64,000 nucleotides of DNA, taken from NCBI GenBank assembly GCA_946965045.2, contig OX337232.1, forward strand, positions 3,100,001-3,164,000, written 5' to 3'. A program made the translations under genes and the position numbers. The notes below the pieces were generated by a model. That model was not told the origin of the DNA and searched no databases. It worked only from the letters and a program-made list of their open reading frames with translations. This DNA comes from Epithemia pelagica. Taxonomy: Eukaryota > Protista > Bacillariophyta. How positions within the stretch are numbered: the stretch's first letter is position 1; every line of letters starts with the position of its first letter. This document shows positions 58,617-64,000 of this stretch, piece after piece.

Positions 58617-60834
58617 ATGAAGATTACAGCTTCATCCCACTTTGCACGTTGGTGTGCGTCCGCGTTGTTGCTGGCCATCGTTGTCTCGGCCAGTGACAGC
58701 TCAAGCTCAAGCAGTAGCAAAAGTAAAGGGAAGAAAACGAAAAAGAAGGGCAAGGACTGTGGGCCCAACCAAGCCATTCGATCTGTATCAAGCCTTGCAG
58801 AGTATAATGTCTTGAATCTCCCCGAAGAATTTGGAGAAACAGGCGTTACATGGAAAGTTGCCCTTGCATGCAAGATTACACAATTTGAGTTCACGTTTCC
58901 CTAAGAGCTGACGATGACGATCTGGAAGAGATGGAAGCACTTGTCCAAGGTATTGAATCACAGGATCCAGTCATTAACCAAGAGTCATTTCTTTCGGAGC
59001 TGACCATTTCCAGCGACATGGTATCCAGCCTCTGTCCTGATATACCAACGACTGTTGAAGTTACTCTCCCTCGCAGTGTTCAGGGCCTTTGTATTGGTGA
59101 TAACTGCCGCCCCGTCCTATGTTCGCTTGGACCCGAGTTCTTGACACTAGGAGACGTAACGGAGGTGAGCTTTGCTCCGGGAAATACCGAACTGTTCTTT
59201 GGATCCAGCATTGACTGTGAGATTGTCGAACCATTGGACTGGGACAGTTACATCCTGAATGAGGTTGGAGAAGATACAACCATTCTTGGCTCGGAATTCT
59301 GGCTCTATCAAGATCTCGATGCTGATGGGTGAGTATTCCTGTCAATGTGCATTCCTGCCTGAACGTTGTGCTGAGGATAATGTTGTTCGTTTTTGTGCGC
59401 AGGGTATCCAACATTGTCGAATACTATGGAACTCCGATGATATCCTTCTTCGCGGAAATGAACACTGAAGAAGTACAGCCTCAAGCCATCTCTAGTTCTT
59501 TGGGAGCAGACATTTTTCTCGCTAGTGGTGGTCCTCGCTCACTCCGTTCGTATGGGCGACGTCTGGCCTATCCGTTCACCTCCGATCCCTTGGATCCAGA
59601 TACTGACGAGGATCTTCTCCTCGATGGCTATGAACTTCTGTACGGTTTAGATCCGTCGACTTTCAACGACATATCCGAAGACATAGACGGCGACGGCCTG
59701 ACTGTCTTTGAGGAACAAATTTATCGAACGAATCCGTTCGTGGTCGACACAGATGGAGACGGAGTTGATGACAACACCGAAATTGTTGATGGAACGAACC
59801 CACTTGATGATCGAGACTTTCTGGACCAGACAACAAGGTCTCTTCAGCGTGAATCTTTTCGAGCTATTCAAGAAAGTGATGAATGCAAGGACAAGACTGT
59901 GGATATTACGCTGACCATCGGTGATCCGAGTGGTTCAAGATCCGAGCGATACGCCATGGTGATTTCTAACTGGGGGGAGCACTCAGCTAAGAAGTTCGGT
60001 TAAGTAGCTATCGAAACATATCCTTTCACTGCTGGAACATACCAGGTCCGAGTCAAACATATAAAATCAAAACTGAGCACGCCTGATTACGACTATCGGG
60101 CGAGTATAACATACGCCCCATCTTCCGACTGGACGATTACCATCACCGACCCTGACAACTTGCTGACGACCTCGTACTTGAGCAGCATTGACCGCGCCAT
60201 CGGCTTGGTTGCAACACTATCCATTGTCAGGAACGATGTTCAATGTTCCTATGCTACGTGTTTTGATTGCCGTAGCGACGACAAGTGTTACTGGGACGAC
60301 GACAAAAAAGCCTGCAAGAAAAGGTCTTGTGCCTTCTTTGGTTCTGCCTATAATGACAAACCTGAAGAGTGTTTCTGCGAAGTTTGCAAGAACTGGGCAG
60401 CAGAGCAACGCGGCGAGAATGGCAATGGCCTCAACTGGATCAAAACCCTGCCGAAATGTCCTTGCACGACAGTCAATTCAGCTTTTGATGGGGACTGGGC
60501 ACCCGGTACATGGGACGTGGATAAATTCTGTAATCCGAAGAAAGATTGTTCCGAGAATCATCCAGGTGCGACTGGGTGCATACGGCAATATGTTGGGGAC
60601 TATGGCAATCAATGCTGCTACGACAGTGCTGGACGCATCATCACATCGGGGCGAGGGGCCGGGACTCCCGACAAGGCCCCAAGATCCTTGGGCTGGACGC
60701 ACTATAAACAAGACAAAGTCCCCTATGACAATTGCTGCCTCAAATGCGAAATCCAATCCGTGTGTAACGAATACATTGGTGGGGATGGCATTGTTGGAGC
60801 TCGACAAGACACAAGGGACTGCGTCAATATCTAA
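58617..60834 (+). pseudogene. Secreted protein with bacterial-type TSP3 Ca-binding repeats and C-terminal AMOP domain, apparently disrupted
   Basis: Signal peptide. Missing C at ~58899 (FP|LRADDD). Intron 59329-59402 joins DLDADG-VSNIVEY. Repeats DTDEDLLLDGYE, DIDGDGLTVFEE, DTDGDGVDDNTE. In-frame TAA at 60001. AMOP motifs LPKCPCT, HPGATGCIR, GNQCCYD, GAGTPD, HYKQDKVPYDNCC. Confidence 0.72.
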
Positions 60835-61198
60835 TTCCGGACTAGGGCCCTTGACGGAATATTTGGAGCTTCTCTCCTTTTACTCACATACATGTTTTGC
60901 ATACTCCTTTTCACAGCATGCACTAGAATTTTCTGCCATTCCATTTTAGTTTTATATAAAGATATCATTGAATATATTCTCTGGATCCTTTCTATTCTCC
61001 TAATAGAGGAGAAGTAGCTAGTAGCTTAGTGGAAGTTAAAGCTAAAGTAGTCCCGGGCTGATCCTTTTATTCGTGACACACATAGATAGTTTCCCGTATC
61101 TTTCGGTGGCAATCTCTGCAACTTTCGTTCCAACAGAGATCTGACATCTGACTACAACAGACGACGACGACGACTACATTAGTTGATTGATATCCACC

Positions 61199-62412
61199 AT
61201 GATGATGAAGAGCTCCTTCTCTATTCTCGCCTTGCTGATTGCTGGTGTTCACAGCTTTGCGCCCCTATCACCCGTTGTTCGTTCCTTTCCAACTACCACC
61301 ACGTCCACGACCGAGGTGGCCATGATTGGTGGCTTTTTTTCAGGATTTTTTGGTCAAAAGGATGCCGAAGTGACAGATACAGTCTATTTCGATATCGCCA
61401 TTGACGGAGAATCGGCTGGACGCATTGAAATGGGATTGTATGGGTCCACGGTCCCCAAGACGGTGGAAAACTTTAAACAGCTTTGCCAAGGAACTCCTGG
61501 CTTTGGATACAAGGATACCATTTTTCATCGTAAGACGAGGATCCTGTCACAGAATCCGTTGGTCCATTGAATTTGGCATCTCACATGTTGCGTTTGTATA
61601 TCATTACAGGTATTATTCCTGGATTCAGTGAGTATCATTATGGATGATCTGCCGCCATGTCAGCTAACACGATTATATCTCGAATTCTCATGTTATTGTT
61701 TCTTGTTGTCTGGTATTTTGCTCGCAATGGATGATCAGTGTGTCAAGGTAGGGACGCGCACCCGTGTTGATCTCTGGTATCTCTGTTGTGTGCAGGACAT
61801 ATCTCACCATGACTCTGTTCTTCTTATGTTCCAAACAAAACACACAGGCGGTGACATGACCAATTTCAATGGAACGGGTGGCAAGTCCATTTATGGAGCC
61901 AAATTTGAAGATGAAAACTTTGACCTAGTCCATGGAGGACCGGGAACCTTGTCAATGGCCAATGCGGGGGTACGTAACGATCTATTAGAATGGTCCACAA
62001 CACTCCAACCAATCTCACGCCACGGTACCGTTTTCGTCGCATCTTTCTCTCTCTTTCTCGCATATAGCCTAATACCAATGGATCCCAATTCTTTATTTGC
62101 ACAGCAGATACGCCCTGGTTGAATGGTCCGTGTCATTCCTCGTGTCGTTTGTCCTAGTCGATTCTTGACGAATGCTCGAGAGGCCATGGTTGGAACACTC
62201 ACTCACGTACAATGGCGATTGTTGTTCTTCTTGTTCTTGTTGTTGTTCTTTGTTGTCGTCGTTCCATTGGTTGGAACCTTTTCGCAGGTAAGCATGTGGT
62301 CTTTGGAAAAGTGACCGACGGAATGGATGTCGTCAAGAAAATCTCTTTCAAGGGCAGTGAAGTGGGCAAACCCAAGGCCGAAGTCAAGATTGTCGACTGT
62401 GGCTCTTTGTAA
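61199..62412 (+). CDS. Cyclophilin-type PPIase, plastid-targeted, 6 exons
   Basis: Signal + HS-FAP motif. Exons 61199-61529, 61610-61627, 61739-61747 (9 nt), 61848-61969, 62068-62125, 62288-62412 splice to FHRIIPGFMCQGGD...[16 protein letters not shown]...[12 protein letters not shown]. Confidence 0.95.
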
Positions 62413-63147
62413 AACAGCATCGGTTATTTTTTGTAACGAGAGGACCATATGAACGACGCACAAACGGATCTGTGGAAGAATGCGAATCGAAGTGGATCAC
62501 ACCAAAGAAGAGAGCGTTTCGATAGGCAGTTTCCATCACTAGAAGATGACATTCGTTTCAGTCTCATAAGAAACGAGGAGGAGAGAAGGATCTTGCGTAA
62601 AATGACATAGAAGAGTACCTTCTTCCTACCAGCGATTTCTCTAGCTCATCCACATCCACATAGGAGTAGCTAGGAGTACTTATCTACGAATAGCACAGCT
62701 ACCTGCTACTCCTACATAGCGTCATCCGCGATCGTTACTTTTGGCGCACTCCAAAAGAACACGTCAGTTCGGAAGCAACATGACGATCGAGACGTTTTGC
62801 TCTAGACAGAGAAAAGTCGACAGATGAGTTACTCCTATATGTTACATCAACATCAAAGAGCTTTGTCCCTGTCCCCGGTTCTATTGTTGTTGCTGCTGTG
62901 GTTGTTGTTTCTCCACACTGGCTGGTGTATTTATAGCGGCGAGACGAAACTCCGTGGACAACTGCAGTGCTTTCGTGTACAAAGAGGCAACACACAAAGG
63001 GTGTGTACATTGAATTCGGAGCATCGTATCGGCTTTGCATACCGTGGTTGCCGCCGATTCTGGAGACACCCACTCCAACACCATCACCACCGCTAAAAGA
63101 CAGTACAATCCACGTGACACCAACACCAGCATCCTCCTCACACTATC

Positions 63148-64000
63148 ATGCACAAACCATTCCTTCCAAATCTCGTTTCCTCTTGGTTTTTCGTCTTCTT
63201 GTTTGTAACTCTTTCGGCTGTCGTTCGCGATTGGAGTGTTCCCACGGCTCACTCCTTTTCCAGTGTCACCTACCCATCCTCATCATTGGTACCGCACGGG
63301 TTTGCAGTGGCCAATTCTCCTTCTCCCACAAGTACAAGAAGAATTCAATTGACAAGACAAGGACAAATGACTCCACGAAAATCTGCCGCCATGGAAGTTG
63401 ATTCGACGGTTCTGGTCGAACCGACCGTCGATACAGCCACTCCTACTATCAGTGCTGGCCGAAACATGGATCCACTTGCCGCCGACACTCACAAAGCGGC
63501 ATCCTTGTTGTCGTCGTCGACCACGAACAAAAACCAGAAGACCAAGGTGATTTATGGGATTCGTCATGCCCGATCGGTATCGAATGAATACATGAGACAA
63601 CTAGCCTGGGGCGATGCCACCTTTTGTGACGATTTGAAATTTGTTGATTCGCCTCTGTCCACGGTCGGCATGGAACAAGCCGTGGCCTTGCACGACCAAT
63701 TGTGTCACGACGTGGCGGCAGCAGCCGACCAGGACCATGCCAACGACCAACCACCAGTAGTACCTCATTGGTTGTCCCAGGTCGAATTGGTCCTTGTCTC
63801 ACCCTTAACACGATGTCTGCAAACCTTTGAATATGGATGTCGGCGCGCACTCGATCAAGTCCAACAACAACAACAGGCATCCTCCTCCAAGGATCCTCCC
63901 CGTATTCTGGCCTTGCCCTTGGCCCGTGAACGGGTCTTTACCGCGGCCGAAACGGGACGACCCTTGTCCCAAATTCAAGCGGAATTTCCCAATCTGGATT
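63148..64000 (+). CDS. Histidine phosphatase (phosphoglycerate mutase-like) family protein, predicted plastid-targeted; truncated by window end
   Basis: Open frame from ATG 63148 with hydrophobic signal + AHS-F motif; YGIRHARSVSN (RHG-like), DSPLSTVGMEQA, VLVSPLTRCLQT, LARE. Confidence 0.82.
   Translation, partial: MHKPFLPNLVSSWFFVFLFVTLSAVVRDWSVPTAHSFSSVTYPSSSLVPHGFAVANSPSPTSTRRIQLTRQGQMTPRKSAAMEVDSTVLVEPTVDTATPTISAGRNMDPLAADTHKAASLLSSSTTNKNQKTKVIYGIRHARSVSNEYMRQLAWGDATFCDDLKFVDSPLSTVGMEQAVALHDQLCHDVAAAADQDHANDQPPVVPHWLSQVELVLVSPLTRCLQTFEYGCRRALDQVQQQQQASSSKDPPRILALPLARERVFTAAETGRPLSQIQAEFPNLD

Overview
Eukaryotic genomic window that looks like a pennate diatom: short GT-AG introns, bipartite signal+ASAF-type plastid presequences, a DUF6824-type protein and low-complexity N/T/S tracts. 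It holds about 20 recognisable protein genes: RluA pseudouridine synthase, ABITRAM/FAM206A-like, SUA5, a plastid methyltransferase, a globin, STN1-like OB protein, GH27 alpha-galactosidase, CTL/PNS1 transporter, SLC25 carrier, 2OG-Fe(II) oxygenase, pirin, DHX57-like helicase, FOXRED1-like oxidoreductase, plastid cyclophilin and a histidine phosphatase. There is also one tRNA-Ala(AGC). The most unusual elements are: (i) a 3.25-kb TIR element (12209-15460) with no transposase that carries a decayed host-like ORF and a broken Ni-transporter fragment; (ii) three dispersed paralogs sharing a small unnamed N-terminal domain, an equivalent phase-0 intron and a C-terminal Cys motif; (iii) an apparently intronless Crinkler-type NTPase + PD-(D/E)xK nuclease gene in decayed flanks; (iv) a secreted protein combining bacterial-type TSP3 Ca-binding repeats with an AMOP domain; (v) several otherwise intact genes broken by single indels or stops, including a 7-bp duplication that uncouples pirin from its presequence. 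All family assignments come from motif recognition by eye; no database searches were run.
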